In this document: positions 51,139 to 59,830 of the stretch, in pieces
Layout: every line of letters starts with the position of its first letter
Position numbering within the stretch: position 1 is the stretch's first letter
Notes under the pieces: generated by a model
The model's database searches: none
Told to the model about the DNA's origin: nothing
What the model saw: only the letters and a program-made list of their open reading frames with translations
Position numbers and translations under genes: made by a program
DNA from: Ignavibacteriota bacterium
GTDB taxonomy: Bacteria; Bacteroidota; Ignavibacteria; Palsa-1295
Reading direction: 5' to 3'
DNA: 64,000 bases
Assembly: GCA_963787835.1 (NCBI GenBank)
Contig: CAWBEI010000006.1
Span: 64,001-128,000 of the forward strand

Positions 51139-51741
51139 CTACGAATTTACAATGACTATGTCGTTATATCGCTCTGCGAGATAATTCCCAGGCCACTGAT
51201 CCCATCGTTCAACTAATCCGGCTTTTACAGGATTGTTCAATGTGTAGATTACGGAAGATGCCAGTCTCCCTTTTCGAATAACTCTATCATAGCTCTCTGG
51301 CTGCCAGAATGGAATTCCCGTCTTCCCAAGCAACCGATTTGCCTCCCGCGCGGTAAATCCTTTCAGCGAGTGCATTATCTGTGATAGCGAGCGCTCTCCC
51401 TTCAAGCTCCCAACAAAGTGAACATGGTTTGGCATGATCGAGTATGCAATGAGATCGAGCCACCGGTCTTCAATATAAGTAAAACTATTTCTAACAACAG
51501 CACAAATATCCGGTCTCGCTAGATATTTCGGGCCACGCTTAGCCGCGCCCAGGAGCGCATCGTAATCTTTGAAAAATCGAGCGTACGCGACAGAATTTGT
51601 ATTTTCAGAAAAGGAGAGCTTCAGCCGCTCCACTTCCATACGAGATAGTGAATTCTTCAATCGGAACGTGACAAAATACGGGGCATCGTTGGGATGATAA
51701 TGCGGGAGATTGCGATGGAAATAATTATCGGGTGGCTCCAT
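51139..51741 (-). mobile_element. REP-associated tyrosine transposase (RAYT, HUH/Y1)
   Basis: RNLPH, YFVTF, IMPNHVH (HUH), LKGFTA, FWQ..SYD..IR and YTLNNPVKAGL (catalytic Tyr) motifs; REPs on both sides. Confidence 0.92.
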
Positions 51742-51764
51742 GATGTAATGATGTATGATTCAGA

Positions 51765-51807
51765 CGGGCTTAGAAGCCCGGGCTCAGGCTGTAAGCCTGA
51801 GCTACAC
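51765..51807 (-). repeat. REP element flanking the RAYT (5' side)
   Basis: Minus strand GTGTAGCTCAGGCTTACAGCCTGAGCCCGGGCTTCTAAGCCCG; GTAG tetranucleotide plus hairpin. Confidence 0.85.
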
Positions 51808-51818
51808 GGCGCACACGC

Positions 51819-52346
51819 CTATTTCTTCAACTTGGCAATCAGCTCAACGATCTCTTTCTCGGTCTCTTTTTCATCTCCGGCAGTGTAGCCAATGTGTTTG
51901 TGATAGACGGTGCCATCCGGCATCAGGATAAGGCTGTAGGGGAGGGATTCCATCGAAAAAATATCGCGGGCGATGTCGCCATCCGGATCGAGCAGAACAG
52001 GGAAGTCGATTCCCTGCGTGGTTACCCAGGCTCGCACTTTCCCTACCGAACGAACCTGATCGGTATTGATGGCCACCATATTGACACCTTCGGCTTTGAA
52101 TTTATCCGTGAGCACCTTAAATGCTTTCATTTCCTGTTTGCACGGTTCACACCATAGCGCCCAAAAATTGACCAGCAGCGGACCTTTGCCGAGGAGATCC
52201 TTGAAATTTATCTCATCTCCCTTAACGGTTTTGACTTTAAATTTCAGATTTGCAGGAATTTGCACAGAGTCTGCGGCAGGATGTGCCGCCAGGACGCCCG
52301 GAGCAACAATACATGCTGCTATAAGAAGAGAACCAAGGATCTTCAT
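51819..52346 (-). CDS. TlpA-family thiol:disulfide oxidoreductase
   Basis: Signal peptide; NFWALWCEPCKQEM and ESLP motifs. Confidence 0.9.
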   Translation of the reverse strand: MKILGSLLIAACIVAPGVLAAHPAADSVQIPANLKFKVKTVKGDEINFKDLLGKGPLLVNFWALWCEPCKQEMKAFKVLTDKFKAEGVNMVAINTDQVRSVGKVRAWVTTQGIDFPVLLDPDGDIARDIFSMESLPYSLILMPDGTVYHKHIGYTAGDEKETEKEIVELIAKLKK

Positions 52347-52555
52347 AAATTCTGTTGCTTAATGCTGGAGGCTTGTTCAACTTTTCTCTTGACGGTCATG
52401 ATAAACCGGGCGGCAAAATAGGCAGCCCATCCCAGGACCCAATAGGCAGCGTACGACCCGTGCCGGTAATAGCCAATGATGAGCAGCGTCCCAAAAAGGA
52501 TGAGGACTGTGCGAAGTGGCAGGCGGCTTAATTTTTCTTTTAGTTTTCCAAGCAT
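52343..52555 (-). CDS. Small membrane protein
   Basis: Two hydrophobic helices with basic flanks; ATGA overlap with the TlpA-like gene. Confidence 0.6.
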   Translation of the reverse strand: MLGKLKEKLSRLPLRTVLILFGTLLIIGYYRHGSYAAYWVLGWAAYFAARFIMTVKRKVEQASSIKQQNL

Positions 52556-52687
52556 TCTGATACGATAAAAGAATGCGAGCTACATAAATTCCGCTAATTT
52601 TTTGAGTCATTATAGCATTGTGTTCATCTGGGTCGGAACTCTCACCCTGTAAAGAACATTTTCACCCGCCGGGATTGAGAATCCCAT

Positions 52688-52720
52688 ACTCTTAATTCTC
52701 AATTCTTCATTCTTAATTGA
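52688..52720. repeat. Heptamer tract in the tRNA-Ala(CGC) 5' leader
   Basis: ACTCTT AATTCTC AATTCTT CATTCTT AATTGA. Confidence 0.75.
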
Positions 52721-52725
52721 AAGCC

Positions 52726-52798
52726 GGGCCTGTAGCTCATCTGGTAGAGCGCGTCGTTCGCAACGACGAGGTAAGGGGTTCGAGTCCCCTCAGGTCCA
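52726..52798 (+). tRNA. tRNA-Ala(CGC), CCA not encoded
   Basis: GGGCCTG...CAGGTCC-A, G3:U70, anticodon loop TTCGCAA. Confidence 0.95.
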
Positions 52799-52807
52799 CA
52801 ACCCTAC

Positions 52808-53401
52808 ATGCCGATACTCCCGATCTATACCTTCGATCATCCCGTCCTGCGCCAGGAGACCTCGCCGATCGAAGAGGATTCTGCTGAGCTGCAGAAGCTT
52901 ATTAAAAACCTTGTTTTAACGATGCGAAATGCGGAGGGTCTTGGGCTTGCAGCGAATCAGGTTGGGAAATCCTTGGCGCTTACCGTGATCGACTTAAAGC
53001 ATGTTCCCGGTATGGAGGATAGGGGAGAATTGGTGCTAATAAATCCGGCGCTTATAGGCACCGAAGGTGAGTCTGTGTTCGAGGAGGGTTGCCTGAGTCT
53101 TCCAGGAATCCGAGAAGAGATCATTCGCCCAGAAAAGATAGGTGTCAAATTTTTGGATAAGAATCTCAACGAAGTTGAGATCGAGGCAGAGAAAATTTTG
53201 GCACGCGTTATCCAGCACGAGATCGATCATTTACACGGCAAGTACTTCATCGATTATCTCTCACCGTTTAAGTTGTCGCTCCTGAAAACCAAGCTTTCCA
53301 AAATGATGCGAGGCACGGTTGAAACGGAATATCCACTGGCTCCGCCATCCGGGCAGATACATAAGCCCAAAGGAAAAGTCCGCAAACTTCGCGGAATGTA
53401 G
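52808..53401 (+). CDS. def: Peptide deformylase
   Basis: GLGLAANQ, EEGCLS and QHEIDH motifs. Confidence 0.97.
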   Translation: MPILPIYTFDHPVLRQETSPIEEDSAELQKLIKNLVLTMRNAEGLGLAANQVGKSLALTVIDLKHVPGMEDRGELVLINPALIGTEGESVFEEGCLSLPGIREEIIRPEKIGVKFLDKNLNEVEIEAEKILARVIQHEIDHLHGKYFIDYLSPFKLSLLKTKLSKMMRGTVETEYPLAPPSGQIHKPKGKVRKLRGM

Positions 53402-53601
53402 TCCATTTTCCCGCAACGGGAAATCATTGTATTTCAATCGATTATAGATGCATAGACGCGTCGCGCCCATCCGTATGACATTATTGAGTGGATAAGTTAA
53501 ATGTCCATAAGATACATTATGTAAAGTCACAATTGTATGGAGTGTCTGTGGATATTCCCTGCCGACGCACATTCCAACAATCTCCAAAAATCCCACGAAT
53601 C

Positions 53602-54720
53602 TCAGTCTCGTTTGGTATCCCGGATCACATTAAGTGACCGCATATTCTTTTCGGCAAACTCAAAGATCTCCCCAACGTCCGTCTGACTTCGCAACCAATC
53701 GACATATTCCTGAACGCTCTCCCGGACCGACCCTCGCGGCTCCCAGCCGACTGCCCGGATCTTCGAAATATCCGAGCAGGAATTCCTCGTATCCCCGAAC
53801 CGGAATACCCCGGGAATGCTCGGCTCGATCTCCTCACTGTCTGAGATCTTCGCCACAATTCGGTCAAATTCTTTCACTGAATAGGCTTTTCCGCCGCCTA
53901 CATTGAACTGCTGGCCGACCATTTGGTCGTTATCCAGAGCCAGCAGATTTGCCTTTACCACATCACGGTAATTTACGAAATCCCGGTGCATCAATCCATC
54001 CTCGTAGATCGTCGGTGCCTTCTTGAAGAAATAATGCAAGGCGAAAATTCTGCACGCTCCGGAATACGCATTATAGAACGATTGCCTCGGCCCCTGAACA
54101 ATAGAATAACGCAGCGCCACGCTTGGGATCTCATATTTTCGTCCAAACGAAAGCGCCATTTTCTCCTGTGATTCTTTCGAAAGCGCGTATTGGTTCTCCG
54201 GGTGCGAAAAGCTTTCCGGGGTCCATTGCCACTGAACTTCACGTCCGCATTCAGGGCAATTCATCGCCCAATCGCCGCGCTCTAATTGCTCGACAGGGCG
54301 TGAGCTGGGCGCTACAAGTTCATGCAAATCACAGAGATACAGTCCCTCACCATTTACCGCTTGCGAACTAGCAACAACCACCCGTTTTATAGGCAATTTA
54401 TTGGCTACGATCAGCTCGTAGAGCAGCGCGGTTCCGACAGCATTTACACTGAAAAAAGTGCTGAAATCAGGCAGATAATCTTGATAAGCCGCTAAATGGA
54501 TTACTGCATCAACACCTTGCAATGCTTCGAGAAAAACCCTCGGATCACGGACATCTCCAATTATTAGTTTAGCTTTAGGATGAAGATACGTCGGTATTCC
54601 CTTCAAATGCACCGGCTTAGAAAGATTATCTAAGAGAACGACATCATCCCCTCGCTCGATGAGCGCATCCGCCGTATGCGAGCCAATAAATCCGGCTCCG
54701 CCGGTAATAAGTATCTTCAT
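53602..54720 (-). CDS. NAD-dependent epimerase/dehydratase
   Basis: TGGAGFIG, YALSK and RDFV motifs; internal Cys motif. Confidence 0.92.
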   Translation of the reverse strand: MKILITGGAGFIGSHTADALIERGDDVVLLDNLSKPVHLKGIPTYLHPKAKLIIGDVRDPRVFLEALQGVDAVIHLAAYQDYLPDFSTFFSVNAVGTALLYELIVANKLPIKRVVVASSQAVNGEGLYLCDLHELVAPSSRPVEQLERGDWAMNCPECGREVQWQWTPESFSHPENQYALSKESQEKMALSFGRKYEIPSVALRYSIVQGPRQSFYNAYSGACRIFALHYFFKKAPTIYEDGLMHRDFVNYRDVVKANLLALDNDQMVGQQFNVGGGKAYSVKEFDRIVAKISDSEEIEPSIPGVFRFGDTRNSCSDISKIRAVGWEPRGSVRESVQEYVDWLRSQTDVGEIFEFAEKNMRSLNVIRDTKRD

Positions 54721-55218
54721 TTAATCTTTCTTCTCCCCGAGTTCATTAACCCAGCCCACATGAACCGCTGGATTGCCGACGACAAGTTCGAAATCTTTAA
54801 CGGGTTTCGTAACAACAGCGCCTGCACCGATCATGGCAAATTTGCCAATGTGTGCACCGGGGAGAATCGTCGCATTGGCGCCGATCGATGCGCCCTCGCC
54901 AATTAGCGTCCGCTCAGCGTGCTCGTGATAGACTCGGCTCCTTGGGCGCATATCATTTGTGAACGCTGCGTTCGGGCCAACGAAAACCTTATCCCCGATC
55001 TCGACGCCATCCCACACGCTAACTCCATTCTTGACGGTCACGTCATTGCCAATGACTACTCCAGACTCGATAAACGAGTGATCCCCGATATTGCACCGCT
55101 CGCCTATCTTTGCGCCCTTCATCACATGCGCGAACGCCCACACGCGCGTGCCAGCGCCAATCTCTGAAGATTCGACGAGCGCGTTAGGATGGATAAAAAT
55201 GTCTGAACTGTTATTGAT
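54721..55218 (-). CDS. Hexapeptide-repeat sugar N-acetyltransferase (WbpD/FdtC-like); start unresolved
   Basis: In-frame FIHPNALVESSEIGAGTRVWAFAHV upstream of the ORF-track start; FTND, IGANATI and GNPA motifs. Confidence 0.88.
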   Translation of the reverse strand: MNNSSDIFIHPNALVESSEIGAGTRVWAFAHVMKGAKIGERCNIGDHSFIESGVVIGNDVTVKNGVSVWDGVEIGDKVFVGPNAAFTNDMRPRSRVYHEHAERTLIGEGASIGANATILPGAHIGKFAMIGAGAVVTKPVKDFELVVGNPAVHVGWVNELGEKKD

Positions 55219-55250
55219 GGGATTTCTGAGATTTATTGGATTTTTGTTCT

Positions 55251-55279
55251 GTCATTCCCGCGAAAACGGGAATTCAGAC
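55251..55279 (+). repeat. GTCATTCCCG-type repeat, left arm
   Basis: GTCATTCCCGCGAAAACGGGAATTCAGAC; degenerate inverted partner at 56061-56085. Confidence 0.75.
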
Positions 55280-55394
55280 CACGTCAAGTTCATCAATTCT
55301 GATAGTAGCATCTCAAACATCTCATCCATCTCATAAATCCCGGTTCATCCTATTTCCCTCTCGATCCTCATCCACTAACTGCCCAACTTCGATG

Positions 55395-55721
55395 TCAGAT
55401 GTACTTTACCATTCCGCGCAAATCTTCGCCAGCATGGTAAAGCGATACAGCCTCTAAGATAACCTGCCCAATGGAAGAATGGCGAGTAGAATAAAATAAA
55501 ATTCCAGAATGATTTGGGTGGCGCGATGCTATTCGAAGAAAATCGGAGTCTTGTGTAATGATAACTCGCTGTTCACGTTGTGCAAATCTAAATTGAATTT
55601 CATCGCTGGCTTTTAGTAATCCCGTTTCCTGAGTTGTTGTGACATCCAGTCCTTGTAGGCGCATTCCATTGGCAATTTTGGGACTCACATTTTCGTCTAA
55701 ATGAAAGCGAATAGAGACCAT
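55395..55721 (-). CDS. DUF5615 PIN-like toxin
   Basis: FHLDENV, ASDEIQ, ITQDSDF and HSGI motifs. Confidence 0.88.
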   Translation of the reverse strand: MVSIRFHLDENVSPKIANGMRLQGLDVTTTQETGLLKASDEIQFRFAQREQRVIITQDSDFLRIASRHPNHSGILFYSTRHSSIGQVILEAVSLYHAGEDLRGMVKYI

Positions 55722-55723
55722 GT

Positions 55724-56020
55724 TTAGCGGCCTTGGAATGCTTCGCTCAAAGATAATTTTCCTGACTTCAAGTCGCGTATAAGAGCATCTTCCTCTTCAA
55801 AGACTTGATCAATTTCTCTTTTGTGGTCGTGATAATACGCAAGAGCTGCATACACTGCGGCAATGGGCAAATTCCAGTCCGATGCGATCTCCTCGACAGA
55901 CATTTTCTGGAAATAATGATAAGCTACGACATCCTTCACTGCGAACCGTGTACCCGCAATGCGTGGCTTGCCAAAGCAGGTATCCTGATCAGAAACAATA
56001 TGGTCGATGCTGAGTGTCAT
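55724..56020 (-). CDS. DUF433 antitoxin
   Basis: CFGKPRIAGTR and VYAALAYY motifs; 2 nt upstream of the PIN gene. Confidence 0.9.
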   Translation of the reverse strand: MTLSIDHIVSDQDTCFGKPRIAGTRFAVKDVVAYHYFQKMSVEEIASDWNLPIAAVYAALAYYHDHKREIDQVFEEEDALIRDLKSGKLSLSEAFQGR

Positions 56021-56123
56021 AATTATGGTAACGGAATTAACTCAACAATGTTCCCGAAATGTCTGGATTCCCCATGTGAGGGAATCTCATCTCAAGCATC
56101 CCGTCTATCCCATAAATCCTGGT

Positions 56124-57128
56124 TCAGGCTTTCTCTATTTCCCGCTCGATCATCTCCAACAGCCGCACTACTTCGACTCCAATTTTTCCGCCATTGATCG
56201 GTTCCTTGCCGGTTTCGATGCAATCGACGAAATGACGGCATTCGGCAGCGAGTGGTTCGTGGCGTGGTAGCGTGGGAATGAAGATGTCGCCGGGACGATA
56301 TGTTAGCTCTGCCGCCTGGGATTCATCTGCACCCACGCGAGTATCAACTCCTTGAGAATAGATCTTAATTTTTTCTGAGGGTTGCATATCGTCGAACACA
56401 ACCGTTCCATGCTCTGCCGATATTTGCATCAGACGAACTTTGTTTGAAGTCACCCAGCTCACATGCACATGCGCGGTTACGCCGCACTCGAACTCGATGA
56501 AAATATGCGTGAGGTCGGCAAGTTCATCCTTCACAAAACTTCCCGCCATGACGCGCATTGAGCGCACCTCAGTGGAAAGTCCGGTTTGCCACATGATGTA
56601 AATAAGAATGGAGAGATCATGCGGCGCAAGATCCCAGACGACATCTACTTCGGATTGAGGCGGGCCAAGGTTAATGCGAATAGAATCGATGTGAAAAAGC
56701 GTACCTAAATTCCCGCTCCCGATCCGCGCTGCGAGCCACTCGACTGCCGGAGAAAATTGATACACATGGCCGACCGTGAGTACTCGATTTAGCGAATTGG
56801 CCAGATCATGGAGCCTGCGTGCATCCTCATACGAATACGCCATCGGCTTCTCGATCATGGCGTGCTTGCCAGCTTCGAGCACTTGCCTTCCTACTTCGTA
56901 ATGGCTCGGAACGGAGGTCGCGACGACGATCGCATCGATTTCTTCATCTCGAAGCAGATCGTTCATATCATCCGTCACACGAATATGCGGGTATCGCTTC
57001 GAGACAAACTGCAAACGGCCTTGCTTCTTATCCGCAACGGCCACAATAGCAGCGCCCTCCGTGTCATTGAACGCACGGACAAGATTCGATCCCCAATACC
57101 CCGCACCGATAATACCAATTTTTACCAT
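56124..57128 (-). CDS. Gfo/Idh/MocA oxidoreductase (WbpB/WlbA-like)
   Basis: GAGYWG, IEKPM and WDLAPHD motifs. Confidence 0.92.
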   Translation of the reverse strand: MVKIGIIGAGYWGSNLVRAFNDTEGAAIVAVADKKQGRLQFVSKRYPHIRVTDDMNDLLRDEEIDAIVVATSVPSHYEVGRQVLEAGKHAMIEKPMAYSYEDARRLHDLANSLNRVLTVGHVYQFSPAVEWLAARIGSGNLGTLFHIDSIRINLGPPQSEVDVVWDLAPHDLSILIYIMWQTGLSTEVRSMRVMAGSFVKDELADLTHIFIEFECGVTAHVHVSWVTSNKVRLMQISAEHGTVVFDDMQPSEKIKIYSQGVDTRVGADESQAAELTYRPGDIFIPTLPRHEPLAAECRHFVDCIETGKEPINGGKIGVEVVRLLEMIEREIEKA

Positions 57129-57133
57129 GTGTT

Positions 57134-57252
57134 ATAGTTGATAGTTGAAAGTGGATAGTGGATAATTCAACATAAATTACAGGTTTAGCTTCCATGCGTG
57201 GAATAGTTATCGCTTCTAAACTATACACTATCCACTTTCCGTTATCTACTTT
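57134..57252. repeat. ORF-less heptamer inverted-repeat element (ATAGTKG units)
   Basis: Left arm ATAGTTG ATAGTTG AAAGTGG ATAGTGG; reverse complement of right arm AAAGTAG ATAACGG AAAGTGG ATAGTGT ATAGTTT. Confidence 0.75.
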
Positions 57253-58709
57253 TACCCCCCGCCTTTTCCGGTCAGGACAACACCGATCGTACGTAATATA
57301 ATCGCGCCATCGAGCCAGGGCGATATATTGTGAATGTAATACAGATCGAGAATGACCATATCGTTAAAGCTCACGCTGCTCCGACCGCTTACTTGCCACA
57401 GCCCTGTGATTCCCGGGCGAACGGCGAAGCGCTCCTTGTGCCAGCTTGCGTATTGCTCGTACTCATAAGGCAGGCACGGGCGCGGCCCGACCAATGACAT
57501 ATTTCCCAGAACAACATTCCAAAGTTGGGGCAATTCATCGAGGGAATGTTTTCGAAGCCATCGCCCGATCGGCGTGACGCGCGGATCGTTAGCGAGCTTT
57601 CCGGTTGGTCTACTTCCCAAACGAATGTGCTCGCTTACGTGATCGCGATGGACTTCATCCTTTTTTCCGTGATACATCGTTCGAAATTTATACCACCGAA
57701 ACGCCCGTCCGTTTTGACCGATCACCTGGGTATGATAAAATAATGGTCCGCGGCTTCCTAATTTGATCGCAAGCGCAATGACACCGAGAAATGGTGAGAT
57801 CAGAATAATTCCGACAACGGCACCAAGAACATCGATGGCTTTTTTCAAATAATTTCCATAAAAGCCGTGAAGGCCATTAGAGATAGGAGATGCCGATACG
57901 TTGAGGAATTCCGAAGCACTTCTGGTAACCCGCTCCTGCACTACTTTGAAATGATCGCTCAGCAAATGAATGGGAACGCCTGACTCGCGAGCCTCGGAAA
58001 TAAGCCGGACCACATCCTCGTATGGAAGACTGTTCTCAGCAACCACGACCTCGTGAATATTATTAGCAGGCACGAACTCCCGAAGAAATGGTACGGTTGT
58101 TAGTTTCAATGCCGCAACGGGCTCCGGTGGAAAATTCCCATCCTGAGCAACGATGGCGACGATCTCGAACGGACGTGTTTTTCCGGACATAAACTGTGTA
58201 AGCAATTCATGTGCATCCTCGCTCATTCCAACAAGTAAGATGCGACGAACTTCAAGACCAGAAATAGCTGGAAGCAGTAATTTCCTAAACAGAAAGATCC
58301 GAAAGATCGAAAGAAACACGAGCGATGATAGCGTAAATAAAAGCAGATTGGTACGGCTGTGAAGGATCCAATCCTCGCGCACAAAAAAGAGAACGGCTAT
58401 CAACAGCAACGCATTAATGAGCAACGCGCGGGAAAGCTGCGCGAATTGCATCACGCCCGTAGAATAGATCTTGAGTTTATAGAGTAGATGCTGTCGAAAA
58501 ATAAGCACCAATAATGGAAATGATGCATAGAGCACCGCAACCCGAAGAATATATTCACCCATCGAATGCCGGGTATCGTATTCATCGATCCCGGTGAAGT
58601 AATGCAGTACCACCGTTGCAACCGCAGCAAGCGTTACCCCAAGCCAGTCGAGGATCACCAACGTAATTTTTGGCCATCCGTGGCGGCGAATGGTTGCTGC
58701 AAACATCAT
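57252..58709 (-). CDS. Priming undecaprenyl-phosphate sugar phosphotransferase (WcaJ/WbaP family)
   Basis: KFRTM, DPRVT, SLDELPQLWNV, MSLVGPRP and PGITGLWQ motifs. Confidence 0.93.
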   Translation of the reverse strand: MMFAATIRRHGWPKITLVILDWLGVTLAAVATVVLHYFTGIDEYDTRHSMGEYILRVAVLYASFPLLVLIFRQHLLYKLKIYSTGVMQFAQLSRALLINALLLIAVLFFVREDWILHSRTNLLLFTLSSLVFLSIFRIFLFRKLLLPAISGLEVRRILLVGMSEDAHELLTQFMSGKTRPFEIVAIVAQDGNFPPEPVAALKLTTVPFLREFVPANNIHEVVVAENSLPYEDVVRLISEARESGVPIHLLSDHFKVVQERVTRSASEFLNVSASPISNGLHGFYGNYLKKAIDVLGAVVGIILISPFLGVIALAIKLGSRGPLFYHTQVIGQNGRAFRWYKFRTMYHGKKDEVHRDHVSEHIRLGSRPTGKLANDPRVTPIGRWLRKHSLDELPQLWNVVLGNMSLVGPRPCLPYEYEQYASWHKERFAVRPGITGLWQVSGRSSVSFNDMVILDLYYIHNISPWLDGAIILRTIGVVLTGKGGG

Positions 58710-59828
58710 TTAGGAGCGTGCCCCTTTCGCCATGTAAAAATCCCGGATGCTCTCCGCAACAAAGGCGATCTGTTCCGGCATCAGTTCGGGATACATCGGC
58801 AATGAAAGAATGCGCTTGGCACCGCGCTCTGCTCGCGGAAATGCGCCTTCTTTATACCCTAAATTCTGGAAACACGGTTGAAGATGCAACGGTATTGGAT
58901 AGTGCAGCCCCGTCGCGATCTCTCGTTGCTCCAGAAAGACGCGAAGTGCATCGCGTTCGGCAGCCTGAATGACAAAGAGATGATACACATGCTCCGCGCC
59001 GTTGCGAACGTTAGGAAGTTGGATCTCCGGAATATCGGCAAGCAGTTTACGATATTGCTCTGCGTGTCGCCTTCGTGCTTCGGTCCAGTCTCCAAGATGG
59101 CTGAGTTTCACGCCTAAAATAGCTCCCTGCAACGCCTCTAAGCGATAGTTATGTCCTGCAATAGTGTGCCAATATTTGTTTTCGGAACCGTGATCTCGAA
59201 TACGCCGCATTTTTTCGGCAAGCGCTGTATCGTTCGTCAGCACCGCTCCCGCTTCTCCATAGGCACCGAGATTCTTACCGGGATAAAAGCTAAATCCCGT
59301 TGCAGCAGCCCATGCACCAGCCTTCTTTCCATCCCACGAAGCCAGGTGTGCCTGCGCTGCATCTTCAACAATAAAAAGCCCGTGCCGCCGCGCTATGAAT
59401 GTGAGTTCCTCCATCTCCGCGATCTGTCCATACAGATGCACTGGCATAATAGCACGGGTTCTTCGTGTGATCTTGCGTTCGACATCCTCTGGATCGAGGG
59501 TGTAATACTCATCATGGTCGGCAAAGATCGGTTTCGCACCACAGAGCAGGACCGCCTCTGCAGTTGCGATGAAGGTATTCGCGGGAACGATCACCTCATC
59601 ACCAGCCTTAATACCAAGCGCCCACAGTGCAAGATGAAGCGCAGAAGTGCCGTTATTAGTAGCAACACAATCCAAAGAACCCTGCGCTAATGCGAAGGCT
59701 TTTTCGAACGCCGCAATTTCCGGCCCGAGAATGTATTGGGTAGAGTCGAGCACGCGGTGAACTGCCACTGTGATCTCTTCGCGAATAGATTGATATTGAG
59801 TTTTTAGATCGAGGAATGGAACGCGCAT
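58710..59828 (-). CDS. DegT/DnrJ/EryC1/StrS sugar aminotransferase
   Basis: NGTSAL, VHLYGQ, EDAAQAH and SFYPGKNLGAYGE motifs. Confidence 0.94.
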   Translation of the reverse strand: MRVPFLDLKTQYQSIREEITVAVHRVLDSTQYILGPEIAAFEKAFALAQGSLDCVATNNGTSALHLALWALGIKAGDEVIVPANTFIATAEAVLLCGAKPIFADHDEYYTLDPEDVERKITRRTRAIMPVHLYGQIAEMEELTFIARRHGLFIVEDAAQAHLASWDGKKAGAWAAATGFSFYPGKNLGAYGEAGAVLTNDTALAEKMRRIRDHGSENKYWHTIAGHNYRLEALQGAILGVKLSHLGDWTEARRRHAEQYRKLLADIPEIQLPNVRNGAEHVYHLFVIQAAERDALRVFLEQREIATGLHYPIPLHLQPCFQNLGYKEGAFPRAERGAKRILSLPMYPELMPEQIAFVAESIRDFYMAKGARS

Positions 59829-59830
59829 GG

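Noticed and set aside
53261-53596. 111-aa minus-strand ORF
   Set aside because: Overlaps def antisense, begins in a nonamer tract and has no recognisable motif.
52726-53600. Prophage or island integrated at a tRNA
   Set aside because: No integrase and no duplicated tRNA 3' end; the similarity between the two Ala tRNAs is ordinary paralogy of full genes.
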